DNA of 28,810 nt from a virus (IMGVR_UViG_3300042997_000671:1-28810), one strand, 5' to 3'. Counted from the first letter of the stretch, positions 17,073-26,389 are shown. Translations and numbers: made by a program. The notes: generated from the sequence alone by a model not told the origin.

Positions 17073-19154
17073 CTATTTATTTTTTGGAATTTTTGGATAT
17101 TCATATTTTATTACTTTTTGAATATCATTAAACGGTGTTCCTTTATTTTCTGAAGTAGTAGGTGATACTATATCAGTAACGAATGTGTTGTTTATACCTT
17201 GTTGTTCGTCTTTCTTTCTGTTTGGTATTTGAAGGAACCTAGCATCACCTGGAACACTATCTTGTAAATACCCAAAGAAACCAGCTGTTGGGTTATCTTT
17301 ACTTGGAAGATATTGAGGTAATTTTTGGTGTACAATATTAAAGCTAAATGATGCTTCAATGTACATCGCTAATCTAGCCTCAGGTGTAATGTCCCAAGTT
17401 GTATCATCTGGTACAGTATAGTTTAAACTATTTAATGTTGCATATTCACCTACTAAATAACTTCCTACGTTTAATCTTAATAATACACCTCCTAAAGCGT
17501 TAGTTTCTCCTCTATATCTACCTGCGGTAGTTGAAGCTAATTGTCCTAATGCTCTGTGTTTTTCAAACAATTGAGTTCTATTAAAACAAGGTATTCTTAG
17601 ATTAAAACTTACAGAACGTTTGAATTTTGAATATACATAAAATGTTTCTGATCTCCCAATGTAATTTATATCATTCCAAGTAGCATCAAAGTTATCTCTG
17701 AATCCAGTCATATATGCTGAAAATAGCCATCTTTCTTCATTTTGAGAGAATGGGTCTACTCCTCTAAAGGCTACTGTCAGTATATCACTATCGTAGCGAT
17801 CAAATACTTCAGTGTTATTGTATTTAGCTTGAGAACCATCTTCACTTACCTTTCTATCACCATAATATCTAGTTTTCTTATATGGATCTCTATCTAATAT
17901 GTTTGTATTTTCAAAATCAATAGTTTTAAATGTTTTTCTAGCCTTAGAAAAAGGTGAATTAGCTGGTGTTTGTGCTGTGTATACTGTTGAATCTGAAAAT
18001 GGTATGCTTTGTTCTATGTTAGTTTTTATTTTATTTGCTATATTAGCATATGGTTTAAGTGAAGGTATATTAGAATTAGTAATAATACTTATAGCACTAA
18101 TAGCATTATTAGTACTATCGTCAAAAACATTGGTACCATTGTTACTTAAAGCTGTGTTATCTTTGTCTTCAAGTGTATCTTGGAATCTTAAATAATTAGT
18201 TACACCATAAAATCCCCCTATTCTAGGGATACCTCTATCAACACTTACTCTAGTATTAACTAATGATGTTGCTTTTGCTATACTTTTAAATTCTTCAACA
18301 ACTTCAGGATTAGTAGTGACTTCAAATCGTCTTATTAATGTACTACCAATACCATAAAAAGATCCAGGACCTGTTAAGTATTCGTCTATTGGTTTATTAT
18401 TACTTAAGATTTTTTTAATACCAGATAATGCTGGTATTTGAGAGAGGATATTTAAAATGCCACTTGCTATTCCACCTCTAATTAATGGTTTTGCACCCTC
18501 ATCTATATTTAATTTATCTTTTAATCTTAATAATCGATTATTACTTTTACCAAACCCAAATAATGTACTTTCATTATTGTTTCTTACAATAGCTTCATAT
18601 TTGGATTGATCATCCATTACAGGACCTAAACCATGTCTATAGAAGTGAACTCCTACAGCATTAGATGGTACTTGAGCTAATGTATTTATTCCTAAATTGT
18701 AAATACGAGATGGCTGGATGATACCACCTGTAGTAGCAGATAGTGTGTTACCTAAAGTAACTAATGCTAATGTGCCTCTAGGTGATTCTAATTTTGGATT
18801 AGATAATTGTAATCCTACTTGTTTAGCAATCCATAGTGGATTGTTTACTAAGAATTTACCAATACGAATAACATCAATAAGACCAGTTTTAGCTGCTCCT
18901 ACTGTGCCTCCTCTAATAAATCCACTATCTTTATTTAATATATTATTAGTGGTGATATTTGCAATACTAGGTATGTCAATACCAGCTGATTTAAGCAAGT
19001 CTTTTACCGGACCTCTTAAATCTATAGAAGCAATATTTGTTAGTTGGGTATCAACATCAGTAGTTATATAAGGTAAACCACTGTCTCCTCCACCTTGTAA
19101 ATCGTTTCCATATCTAAGTGATTTTAGATTTGTTTGTAGATCTCTTAGACTCAT
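17073..19154 (-). CDS. putative tail tube initiator / baseplate protein with long N-terminal extension
   Basis: C-terminal AYMTGFRDNFDATWNDINYIGRSE.FYVY..FKRSVSFNL resembles tube-initiator domains. Lies between the tape measure and LysM genes. Confidence 0.6.
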   Translation of the reverse strand: MSLRDLQTNLKSLRYGNDLQGGGDSGLPYITTDVDTQLTNIASIDLRGPVKDLLKSAGIDIPSIANITTNNILNKDSGFIRGGTVGAAKTGLIDVIRIGKFLVNNPLWIAKQVGLQLSNPKLESPRGTLALVTLGNTLSATTGGIIQPSRIYNLGINTLAQVPSNAVGVHFYRHGLGPVMDDQSKYEAIVRNNNESTLFGFGKSNNRLLRLKDKLNIDEGAKPLIRGGIASGILNILSQIPALSGIKKILSNNKPIDEYLTGPGSFYGIGSTLIRRFEVTTNPEVVEEFKSIAKATSLVNTRVSVDRGIPRIGGFYGVTNYLRFQDTLEDKDNTALSNNGTNVFDDSTNNAISAISIITNSNIPSLKPYANIANKIKTNIEQSIPFSDSTVYTAQTPANSPFSKARKTFKTIDFENTNILDRDPYKKTRYYGDRKVSEDGSQAKYNNTEVFDRYDSDILTVAFRGVDPFSQNEERWLFSAYMTGFRDNFDATWNDINYIGRSETFYVYSKFKRSVSFNLRIPCFNRTQLFEKHRALGQLASTTAGRYRGETNALGGVLLRLNVGSYLVGEYATLNSLNYTVPDDTTWDITPEARLAMYIEASFSFNIVHQKLPQYLPSKDNPTAGFFGYLQDSVPGDARFLQIPNRKKDEQQGINNTFVTDIVSPTTSENKGTPFNDIQKVIKYEYPKIPKNK

Positions 19155-19164
19155 TTATTTAGTA

Positions 19165-19542
19165 TTAGTAACGTCCGTCTTTTGGGCCTTTTGACTTGTA
19201 TTGTTGGTTAAGAGGTGATTTGTAGATTTGTGATACTACTGGTCCGCCAGGTCCTACTTGAGCTCCAATTTGAGTGTTTGTTGGTGCATCCGGATCTAAT
19301 TCATCTAATTGTGATGGCTTTTTTACAGGATTTGATCCACCTAATGCTTTAGTATTAAAATCTTTTATTCTCATAAATGGGTTACCATCTACTGAATAAG
19401 TCAAATGTAATCTACTTAATGCTGGTGTTAAATCATTGATTAATTTATTAGTATAACCCCATGCTGGTGTGCCACGGTTAACTAAAAATCCGTTACCTTC
19501 TAGACTTAATGTGCTTAGTTTTATTTTATCGATTAATGACAT
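19165..19542 (-). CDS. hypothetical (likely virion-associated) protein
   Basis: ORF within the tail module, preceded by the ATATTTAT motif. Confidence 0.7.
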   Translation of the reverse strand: MSLIDKIKLSTLSLEGNGFLVNRGTPAWGYTNKLINDLTPALSRLHLTYSVDGNPFMRIKDFNTKALGGSNPVKKPSQLDELDPDAPTNTQIGAQVGPGGPVVSQIYKSPLNQQYKSKGPKDGRY

Positions 19543-19565
19543 AGTTTTATTGTTATTTGTTTGGT

Positions 19566-19573
19566 ATAAATAT
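19566..19573 (-). promoter_or_regulatory. ATATTTAT late-promoter-like motif
   Basis: Intergenic, 23 nt upstream of the ATG at 19542. Confidence 0.55.
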
Positions 19574-19580
19574 TAAAATA

Positions 19581-21581
19581 TTAAGCCATATTAAAAGAAT
19601 TTTGAACGGATGTTATGGCTACCTCGGAACCACCGATTGTAGTTCTAACAACTGGATTGAAATTCTTTTGGGTTAATGTTTGGTTTAAGTTATTAATAGC
19701 GGCTATCATACCTGAGCTATCAGTATTATTTGATGTATTAGGTTTTATTGTACTGTTAAATAAATCAGTACCTGCTACTACAGTATCGTTTTCGTTTAAT
19801 TTAATAGCTCCTTCTTGTTTAGAATATAGTATTTTTCCATTAGGTCCCATAACTCCATCATTCATAGATGAGCTACTACCAACAGAAGACATTATAGCGG
19901 CTGTTAATCCAGCACCAACAGCTAGCCCTAATAATCCTCCAGATGCTATTGAAGCGGGGCCTGAAAATGCAGCTGCCCATGCTTTACCAATAGCTACTCC
20001 TATTTCTTCCATTTTTAGCAATCTAGCCATTTTATAAAGCTTAGCCATATTATAGAATAATACTCCTCCTACTAAACCATTTAATAACCATGTTTTACTT
20101 AAAATGCTAGTCATTATATCTAACAACTCTCCTATAGGTCCTGCTAATAAATTTCCAAATAAATCTTTTAATTTATCTATAGAGGCATTAAATTTATCTT
20201 GTATGCTTTGGCGCTTTTCAGCTTCCATTGCTTCTTCTTCTGTTATTTGAGCTAATGATTTGCCACTTTCGATTGCTAATTTTTGTTGTCTTAATTGGTT
20301 AGCTAACTGATCTGAACTTAATCCAATAGCAGCAGAAAATGCTTGTTGAGCTAATACGTTCATGTTTTGGAATTTCTCCAACGTCATGCCTTGATTAGCT
20401 AATTCTTTGGCAACTGTAACTTGATCACCCATTAAAGCTGCTGCTCTAGCGCGTTCAAGATTCATTGCTCTACCAGTCAATAATTCTGCTTTTAATTCAT
20501 TCTCAATTGATGATTCAAAATTTAATAATGCTTCACCTTGAGATTTAGTTTGTTCAAGTGTAGTACCTAATGCTTTCGCTTGTGCTACGGCTTGAACTAA
20601 TAGTTGTGGGTTATTTTTTAAATTAGCAGCTAATTGTCCTGATATTTTAGCAGCTTCAGCCATTGTAGCTTTAAATGGAATACCTACTCCTAATTGATTA
20701 CGTGCTGCTACAAACGCACTAACCATACTTTTATTTATCTCAGCTGATGACTGTTCGTTTAGTACTGATAGTCTGTATATTCCTGCTGCTTCCTCACCTG
20801 TTAAACCAAATTGTTTAGTTAACATTATTTGGGTTTCTAAAGCAGTTGCTGAGTATTCAGCTACAAGGCCAGTAGATTCATTCAGCTGATTCATTGCTTC
20901 AGCTGCATTTTTAAGCGTAAAGTTTAAATTGCTAGAATCTTCAGCAGCTTGTGCTAAATTATATGCTACTCTATTAGCATTGTCACTACCATAACCTAAA
21001 TTTTTACCAATATCAGTTGATATTTTATTAAAGGTTAATGCTGAAGTAATAATTAATTTTAATATACCTTCAACACTAGCTAGTTCTTTGTATGGTTTAA
21101 CAAATTCATCAAATATTTTTCGACTAGCCCCAGCTATACTATTTTGTTTTTTCTTTTCAGCTGTTATTCGAACTTCTTCTTCTGCTAAAGCTTGTATTTT
21201 TCTAAGTACTTGATTAGTATTATCTAAGTATTCAGCACTTAATCGTCTTTGTTCTGATGCTTGTTTAAGTCTTATTGCAAGAGAGGTGTTGTTATTTTTT
21301 ATAGCATCAGATAAAAGAATTTCTAATCTATTTCTAGAAAATGACAAGGCATTACTTTTTTCTGTATTTTTAGCTATTTCAGCTGCTGTATCTGAAATTG
21401 TTTTAGCTAGGTTATCTCCTTTTTCAAAATTACTAACTAAATTTTGAACTTGAGTATTAGCCTTTGATAACCTGTTTGTTAGCCCCTCGCTTAAATTAGC
21501 AGATATACTATCTAATTTAAGATTTAATTGATCTAATTCGTTATTTAATTGCTTTACCGCTTTTTCTTTGTCGTCAGCCAT
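19581..21581 (-). CDS. tail tape measure protein
   Basis: 666 aa, Ala/Leu/Gln-rich and helical, with hydrophobic Gly/Ala-rich C-terminal segments. Downstream of the tube and chaperone genes. Confidence 0.85.
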   Translation of the reverse strand: MADDKEKAVKQLNNELDQLNLKLDSISANLSEGLTNRLSKANTQVQNLVSNFEKGDNLAKTISDTAAEIAKNTEKSNALSFSRNRLEILLSDAIKNNNTSLAIRLKQASEQRRLSAEYLDNTNQVLRKIQALAEEEVRITAEKKKQNSIAGASRKIFDEFVKPYKELASVEGILKLIITSALTFNKISTDIGKNLGYGSDNANRVAYNLAQAAEDSSNLNFTLKNAAEAMNQLNESTGLVAEYSATALETQIMLTKQFGLTGEEAAGIYRLSVLNEQSSAEINKSMVSAFVAARNQLGVGIPFKATMAEAAKISGQLAANLKNNPQLLVQAVAQAKALGTTLEQTKSQGEALLNFESSIENELKAELLTGRAMNLERARAAALMGDQVTVAKELANQGMTLEKFQNMNVLAQQAFSAAIGLSSDQLANQLRQQKLAIESGKSLAQITEEEAMEAEKRQSIQDKFNASIDKLKDLFGNLLAGPIGELLDIMTSILSKTWLLNGLVGGVLFYNMAKLYKMARLLKMEEIGVAIGKAWAAAFSGPASIASGGLLGLAVGAGLTAAIMSSVGSSSSMNDGVMGPNGKILYSKQEGAIKLNENDTVVAGTDLFNSTIKPNTSNNTDSSGMIAAINNLNQTLTQKNFNPVVRTTIGGSEVAITSVQNSFNMA

Positions 21582-21598
21582 AATATAATATTATGTGT

Positions 21599-21606
21599 AT
21601 AAATAT
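21599..21606 (-). promoter_or_regulatory. ATATTTAT late-promoter-like motif
   Basis: 17 nt upstream of the tape measure ATG. Confidence 0.55.
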
Positions 21607-21608
21607 CG

Positions 21609-21630
21609 AAAGTCCCTATTTTTTAGGGAC
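21609..21630 (-). terminator. hairpin overlapping the stop of the chaperone-extension ORF
   Basis: Minus strand GTCCCTA-AAAAA-TAGGGAC followed by only TTT (short U tract). Confidence 0.45.
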
Positions 21631-21882
21631 CTTCGCTGTATAAGTAGGTTGTGATATGTTAGGTTTAGCTATGTCTTTATTACTTTTATTGGTCATCATG
21701 TTACTTTGTTTTTCCTGCTCTTGCTGTTGTTTATCGTAGTACTCTTTTAATTTCTCAAATGTGTACCTACGCAACCATATTGGCATTTCATAAACAGTAT
21801 TCCAATCATATCCGCCATTACCATGAAATACAATTTCATGTATTTGGCCAAAAAATATTGATCTATAGTTTGGAGTCAGGCC
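21616..21882 (-). CDS. tail assembly chaperone C-terminal extension (gp51-like / lambda T-like), probably expressed by frameshift
   Basis: Missed by the track. Frame reads GLTPNYRSIFFGQIHEIVFHGNGGYDWNTVYEMPIWLRRYTFEKLKEYYDKQQQEQEKQ...KVPKK*. First ATG is only at 21786. Fills the whole gap between chaperone and tape measure. Confidence 0.7.
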   Translation of the reverse strand, partial: GLTPNYRSIFFGQIHEIVFHGNGGYDWNTVYEMPIWLRRYTFEKLKEYYDKQQQEQEKQSNMMTNKSNKDIAKPNISQPTYTAKVPKK

Positions 21883-22633
21883 AAAAAAAGTTAAGGGAAA
21901 CGGGAATGTCTATACCCTCCCCTGTATAGCTATCATCTTCTGGTGTGAATTTCATACTAATATCTGGCGATATTTGTGTATAGTATTCACGTAATGCTCT
22001 AGCGTCTTTAGCGATTAAGTAGTTGTCTACGAAATCACGTATTGTTTTTTGATCACGATTACCATTAACTGATAACAACATAAATTTTAAACGAGTTGTT
22101 ACGTCGTATGATGAATTTGGATTAATTTTCTGTAATCCTTTGATTTCAGCTTCAATTTTCTTCTCATCACCGTGTGTTAATAGTTTAAATGAGATTTGGT
22201 TGTCCGAATGCGGTAAATTGAACGAAAATTCGTTGATACCTGCTGTAAACAACGCGGTATCTACTTCTTTATCACTTAGCAATGATAAGTCTACAATCGC
22301 ATTTACCTCTTGATTTTGGCTGTTGATGTATGCAAATTCATAATCTTTACCATAGCCTAATACTCTAGCGGCAACTAATATTGCGTTTTTATCACCAGTC
22401 AATAAATCATCATAGTTAATTGGTGTTACAATTAATGATTGTAATAATTTATCAATAACGGTACCTTGACGAATATAGTTGGTGTTTGTGAGGATATCTT
22501 CTTCACGCGCAGTCATATATTTCATTTCAATAACACCATTAGATAATGGATTGTCTTTAGGATATAATAATCCCTTTGATGGTAGATCTACTTGTTCAGT
22601 AGGGAATTTTGGTTTTGTAACGGTATTTTCCAT
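21863..22633 (-). CDS. tail/baseplate hub assembly chaperone (T4 gp26-like)
   Basis: VDLPSKG.LYP...MKYMTAREEDIL, GDKNAILVAAR...YG and a C-terminal NFFWP. Between tube and tape measure genes. Confidence 0.75.
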   Translation of the reverse strand: MENTVTKPKFPTEQVDLPSKGLLYPKDNPLSNGVIEMKYMTAREEDILTNTNYIRQGTVIDKLLQSLIVTPINYDDLLTGDKNAILVAARVLGYGKDYEFAYINSQNQEVNAIVDLSLLSDKEVDTALFTAGINEFSFNLPHSDNQISFKLLTHGDEKKIEAEIKGLQKINPNSSYDVTTRLKFMLLSVNGNRDQKTIRDFVDNYLIAKDARALREYYTQISPDISMKFTPEDDSYTGEGIDIPVSLNFFWPDSKL

Positions 22634-22654
22634 TTATAACTTTATTTGTTTGCA

Positions 22655-22662
22655 ATAAATAT
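22655..22662 (-). promoter_or_regulatory. ATATTTAT late-promoter-like motif
   Basis: 21 nt upstream of the chaperone ATG, just after a terminator. Confidence 0.55.
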
Positions 22663-22668
22663 TAAGAT

Positions 22669-22695
22669 AAAAAAAGGTTTGGCAAAAGCCAAACC
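22669..22695 (-). terminator. intrinsic terminator after the tail tube gene
   Basis: Minus strand GGTTTGGC-TTTT-GCCAAACC followed by T7. Confidence 0.85.
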
Positions 22696-22730
22696 AATTT
22701 TTGGATGTATACTTCGGGAGAAGTAATTTC

Positions 22731-23216
22731 TTAGAAATTCAATACGCAATAGTCCATAGCAATTGTCACTGATAATGACACAGCTGCATCTGAACTCCAA
22801 TCGTAATCGCCAAAGCTAGCAGATTTTACAAATGCTCCTTTAACTACCCACTCACTAATAACGTCTCCTACTGGACCTAAAATATCTAATGTTAAGTCTT
22901 TCTTGTAGAAATCTGAGTAACCATCACGTCCTGTTACAGACTCATGTGATAAACGTACCCATTCCATTACTGATTGTGCACCTGAAGGTGTGATTGGATT
23001 ATATAATTCTAATGTCATATCACCCCATCTTACTTTACCTTTAATTTTGCGGTAAACGTTGATATGATCTAATATGATTTCACCAGCATCTAATGAAGGA
23101 GCACTAGCTTTCTTAATTAAATATGCAGGGATACCATCTATATACATTAAAAAACGATTCTGAACTTGTGGTTCAAAACTCGTGAACATTATTTCGTTAG
23201 GGTTTAATACTGGCAT
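22731..23216 (-). CDS. tail tube protein (T4 gp19-like)
   Basis: FEPQVQNRF...KVRWGDMTLEL...VMEWVR...GRDGYSDFYKKD...W.VKGAF...YDWS. Immediately downstream of the sheath gene. Confidence 0.92.
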   Translation of the reverse strand: MPVLNPNEIMFTSFEPQVQNRFLMYIDGIPAYLIKKASAPSLDAGEIILDHINVYRKIKGKVRWGDMTLELYNPITPSGAQSVMEWVRLSHESVTGRDGYSDFYKKDLTLDILGPVGDVISEWVVKGAFVKSASFGDYDWSSDAAVSLSVTIAMDYCVLNF

Positions 23217-23241
23217 GTTAGTGTTATTATTATATTTAGTA

Positions 23242-23249
23242 ATAAATAT
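23242..23249 (-). promoter_or_regulatory. ATATTTAT late-promoter-like motif
   Basis: 25 nt upstream of the tail tube ATG. Confidence 0.55.
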
Positions 23250-23259
23250 TAATTATTTT

Positions 23260-23294
23260 AAAAAAATGTAGAGAAGCCTTGCGCTCCCCTACAT
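23260..23294 (-). terminator. intrinsic terminator after the tail sheath gene
   Basis: Minus strand ATGTAGGGGAGC-GCAAG-GCTTCTCTACAT (12-bp stem with G-U pairs) followed by a T run. Confidence 0.8.
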
Positions 23295-23305
23295 GATTCT
23301 ATTTA

Positions 23306-25057
23306 TTATCCTGGAAACGTTGCTCCAGTTGGTTGTAAGTTAAAGTTTAATATAATAAATTCAGCCGTTTTTGTAGGTTGGATATAAATTTGACCTACTA
23401 ATTGGTTTCTATCAATAACATCTGGTGTGTTATTTGAATCATCCATTACTACTTTGTAAGCGTATAAACCTTGACGTTGTACTACTGACTCTAAGTATGG
23501 ATTAACTTGAGATAAAAATCTATTTCTTGTTACTGTTGTATTTTGTTCGAATACTAATGTACGAGATACACTTCCAACGAAATCTTTTAAAGCAATTAAT
23601 AAACGACGAACGTTGATTCTGTCTAAAGATGTTGGTTTGCGTTGTAATGTTTTCTGACCCCAAACACATACTCCAGTTCCTGGGAATGTTGCTAATGGGT
23701 TAACATTTGCACTATATAATGTATCGCGATCTGTTTGTTGTAATTTACGTTCTGCTAATAGTACGTTTGGAATACCACCTCTGTTTAAACCAGCAGGAGC
23801 AAACCATTCAGCACCAGCATTATCATTAAATGCTAATACACCACCGATTACTGTTGATGGTGGGCACCATAATGTTTTACCTAATGTAGTTGAGTATAAT
23901 TGAACCCAAGGATAATAAGTAGCAGCGTAGTTACTTGACTGTCCAGCTGCGTTTTGAGCTGCTGTTGCAATTGCTGTACCATATACACCTGCATCTGTAA
24001 TTGCGATTGCATCGCCTCTACCTTCTGCTGTAGAAATCATTGTAGCTGCTGCAGCACTATCTAAACCAGCACCTGGAGCTAATAATACGTTAAATTGGTA
24101 TTCGTCTTTATTTGTTAATAAATTGAATGCTAATGCGTAATCTGCTGTTCCAAATCCTTGAATGTTACCTGTAGAACCAGTTATGTAACCAGCACCTGTG
24201 CCAATGTTTTCATTCATTTGTTTAACTGCTGTTGTATCTACTACACCACCACTAAATGAACCACCATATGAACCACTTCCTACTGTTGGTAAACTACCGC
24301 TGTATTGAGTTGCTTTATATGCTCCGTTGTTATCGATTGAATCTACTTGAGGAGTTGTTACTGCTGCTACACGAACATATTGTGATTTATTTGAATATGA
24401 TCCAGTAAAATTAACATAAGCTGCGCTTGTGCCTGTTGCGGCAACATATACTGGTTTTAAATCACCAATAACACGAGCAATATAGTTAGATTGTTGTGGA
24501 TCTAAACTCATGTTAGCCCATGTTTCTAAGATATTCTTAGTGTTGTTATTATCATCACCACGACGAACTGTCAATGTGAATGTACCGCTTCCTGAATTTA
24601 CTGCTGTTACTTCCCAACGAACGTTAAACATAGAGCCACTGTCTAATGAACCACTTGACATACTAGATGTGTTGTTCATTTGTGCACCCCAAGATAATGT
24701 TTCTAATTGGAATGATGATCCTGTACCTGAAAGTGCAGGAACGTTTGAAGTCGCATACGTACTAATACCAGCTGAACCACTAATGATTCTAGTTACTAAT
24801 AATGTTTTTCCACCATTGCTAAAGTATTCTTTAGCAGCTTGTGATGTGAAATATTCGTAATAATAGCTACCACTTTTGAATTGCTCACCGAAAAGTGATT
24901 GGAATTGCGAATAAGTAGTAACATACGTTGGAACTAAAGGACGACCTGATACTGTAGGACCTACGATAGCAGCACCCATTTCTTGAGGCTGTTGCGTGTA
25001 GATACTTTGGTCTGTTTCTATCTGGAATACTCCAGGAGAGATGATTTGTTCTGCCAT
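23306..25057 (-). CDS. contractile tail sheath protein (T4 gp18-like)
   Basis: N-terminal SPGVF.IETD. C-terminal YYPW, WFAPAGLNRG, NVNPL, WGQKTL, DRINVRRL, VFEQN and IQPTKTAEFI. Confidence 0.96.
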   Translation of the reverse strand: MAEQIISPGVFQIETDQSIYTQQPQEMGAAIVGPTVSGRPLVPTYVTTYSQFQSLFGEQFKSGSYYYEYFTSQAAKEYFSNGGKTLLVTRIISGSAGISTYATSNVPALSGTGSSFQLETLSWGAQMNNTSSMSSGSLDSGSMFNVRWEVTAVNSGSGTFTLTVRRGDDNNNTKNILETWANMSLDPQQSNYIARVIGDLKPVYVAATGTSAAYVNFTGSYSNKSQYVRVAAVTTPQVDSIDNNGAYKATQYSGSLPTVGSGSYGGSFSGGVVDTTAVKQMNENIGTGAGYITGSTGNIQGFGTADYALAFNLLTNKDEYQFNVLLAPGAGLDSAAAATMISTAEGRGDAIAITDAGVYGTAIATAAQNAAGQSSNYAATYYPWVQLYSTTLGKTLWCPPSTVIGGVLAFNDNAGAEWFAPAGLNRGGIPNVLLAERKLQQTDRDTLYSANVNPLATFPGTGVCVWGQKTLQRKPTSLDRINVRRLLIALKDFVGSVSRTLVFEQNTTVTRNRFLSQVNPYLESVVQRQGLYAYKVVMDDSNNTPDVIDRNQLVGQIYIQPTKTAEFIILNFNLQPTGATFPG

Positions 25058-25102
25058 TTTATGTAGTTATTTTATGATTTTACTAATAGGATTAATCTAG
25101 TA

Positions 25103-25110
25103 ATAAATAT
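25103..25110 (-). promoter_or_regulatory. ATATTTAT late-promoter-like motif
   Basis: Intergenic, 45 nt upstream of the sheath ATG. Confidence 0.55.
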
Positions 25111-25141
25111 TCACAGAATTATATAAAACGCAGAAACAGTA

Positions 25142-25414
25142 TTAGAATGGGGTAATCTCGCCTGTTTCGATATTTATATTTCCTGCACCATATTTAACTT
25201 GAAGCGCATCAATTACTTCTTTTTCAGTTTCACCTATCTTCTCTAGATCAACGATAACGTTTTTCTTTTCCGCCTCTAATTCTTGCGTTTGTTTGTAGAT
25301 AGCTGTTAATTGCGCTTCAATGCTACCTAATTCAAATATAACTGTATTATATTTTTTCTGTAGGTTTTTGATAGAATCTAATTCTTCTGTGTTTAATGTT
25401 TGTACTTCTGACAT
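25142..25414 (-). CDS. small coiled-coil hypothetical protein
   Basis: Heptad-rich helix ending KYGAGNINIETGEI. Confidence 0.75.
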   Translation of the reverse strand: MSEVQTLNTEELDSIKNLQKKYNTVIFELGSIEAQLTAIYKQTQELEAEKKNVIVDLEKIGETEKEVIDALQVKYGAGNINIETGEITPF

Positions 25415-25426
25415 AATCTTTATTTT

Positions 25427-25657
25427 TTATTTTTCCCAGCGCGCTTCAGGACATGCTTTAGGTCCTTCTAACGAGCTAAATACTTTTTTACTTAATGGGC
25501 AGTGGCATATACCACATAGGAACGAATCAAATACTTTATTGAATGTTTTATGTGGACATTGGTCGCAAACCGAAACCCTATATTCGGCTATTGCCTTTTG
25601 AGTAGGGTTTGGGTTTTCAGCGATTATCCATGCTTCTGCTATTTCTAACAGTTTCAT
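25427..25657 (-). CDS. small Cys-rich (putative zinc-binding) protein
   Basis: CDQC...CGICHC...CPEARW. Start overlaps the upstream stop. Confidence 0.75.
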   Translation of the reverse strand: MKLLEIAEAWIIAENPNPTQKAIAEYRVSVCDQCPHKTFNKVFDSFLCGICHCPLSKKVFSSLEGPKACPEARWEK

Positions 25658-26115
25658 TAGTCAACTTGAATCAACTTATAGAATACAGTGTAGTTTTCAG
25701 ATGTTTCTACTGATTTGAAATCATCTAATTTGAATTCATGGTATTCTAATTCTTTTTCCTCTTGCAACAACGCATTGAATTCTTCTTGGAATTTAATAAA
25801 TGTTGGATTTGGTTTAGCTGAGGTGATGTTTCCATCCTCATCTTTTTCTTCATCGATCCACATTGGAATTGAGATATTTTTATCTTCATCCTCAGTGCCA
25901 TGTTTCTTGATTAAATCAGTCTTCATGGTTTCGATTGATGTTTTTTCTTCAGCTACTTTCTTAGATAGATCAGTTAACCAATATTTAGTAACCAAACCTA
26001 ATTTTTCAGCTAATAAGCCTTCAGTAATCACTTCACCGGTTTGTGGATTTTTTAATCCATTAATTTCACTATCTAATGAATAGTATTCGTGTAACTTTAA
26101 TTTAATGCTAGACAT
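25657..26115 (-). CDS. hypothetical acidic helical protein
   Basis: 152-aa ORF in a tightly packed operon. Confidence 0.75.
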   Translation of the reverse strand: MSSIKLKLHEYYSLDSEINGLKNPQTGEVITEGLLAEKLGLVTKYWLTDLSKKVAEEKTSIETMKTDLIKKHGTEDEDKNISIPMWIDEEKDEDGNITSAKPNPTFIKFQEEFNALLQEEKELEYHEFKLDDFKSVETSENYTVFYKLIQVD

Positions 26116-26117
26116 AA

Positions 26118-26357
26118 TTATTTTTTATTTGTTTTTTTGTTGTTGTTGTTGTAATACTTTTTTTTAGGTTTAGGTGTTACTACCACTGGTTTTTCTACTG
26201 CTACTGGAGCATCTTCAAACGCTGGGTGATCCTCAATTGGGAACAATGAGTTTGGTTTTACTTCACCTTTAGGTGTGTTTTCTTTACCTACGATAACGAA
26301 TCCGATACCGATAGCTACTAATAATGTAATTACTACAAAGATTAAAAATGTTGACAT
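26118..26357 (-). CDS. small N-terminally membrane-anchored protein with basic tail
   Basis: Hydrophobic FLIFVVITLLVAIGIGFVIV, Pro-rich linker and K/N-rich C-terminus. Confidence 0.7.
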   Translation of the reverse strand: MSTFLIFVVITLLVAIGIGFVIVGKENTPKGEVKPNSLFPIEDHPAFEDAPVAVEKPVVVTPKPKKKYYNNNNKKTNKK

Positions 26358-26389
26358 AATGTTTTAATGGGGTTTTAAGTTTCTTGTAT

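Noticed and set aside
13092-25057. Bacterial extracellular contractile injection system or tailocin
   Set aside because: The tail genes are contiguous with phage replication, RNR and DNA modification genes, which indicates a phage genome.
26138-26152. (AAC)n microsatellite encoding an Asn run; also GCAACAACA repeats near 28590-28612
   Set aside because: Short in-frame coding low-complexity tracts with no evidence of phase variation or a diversity-generating retroelement.
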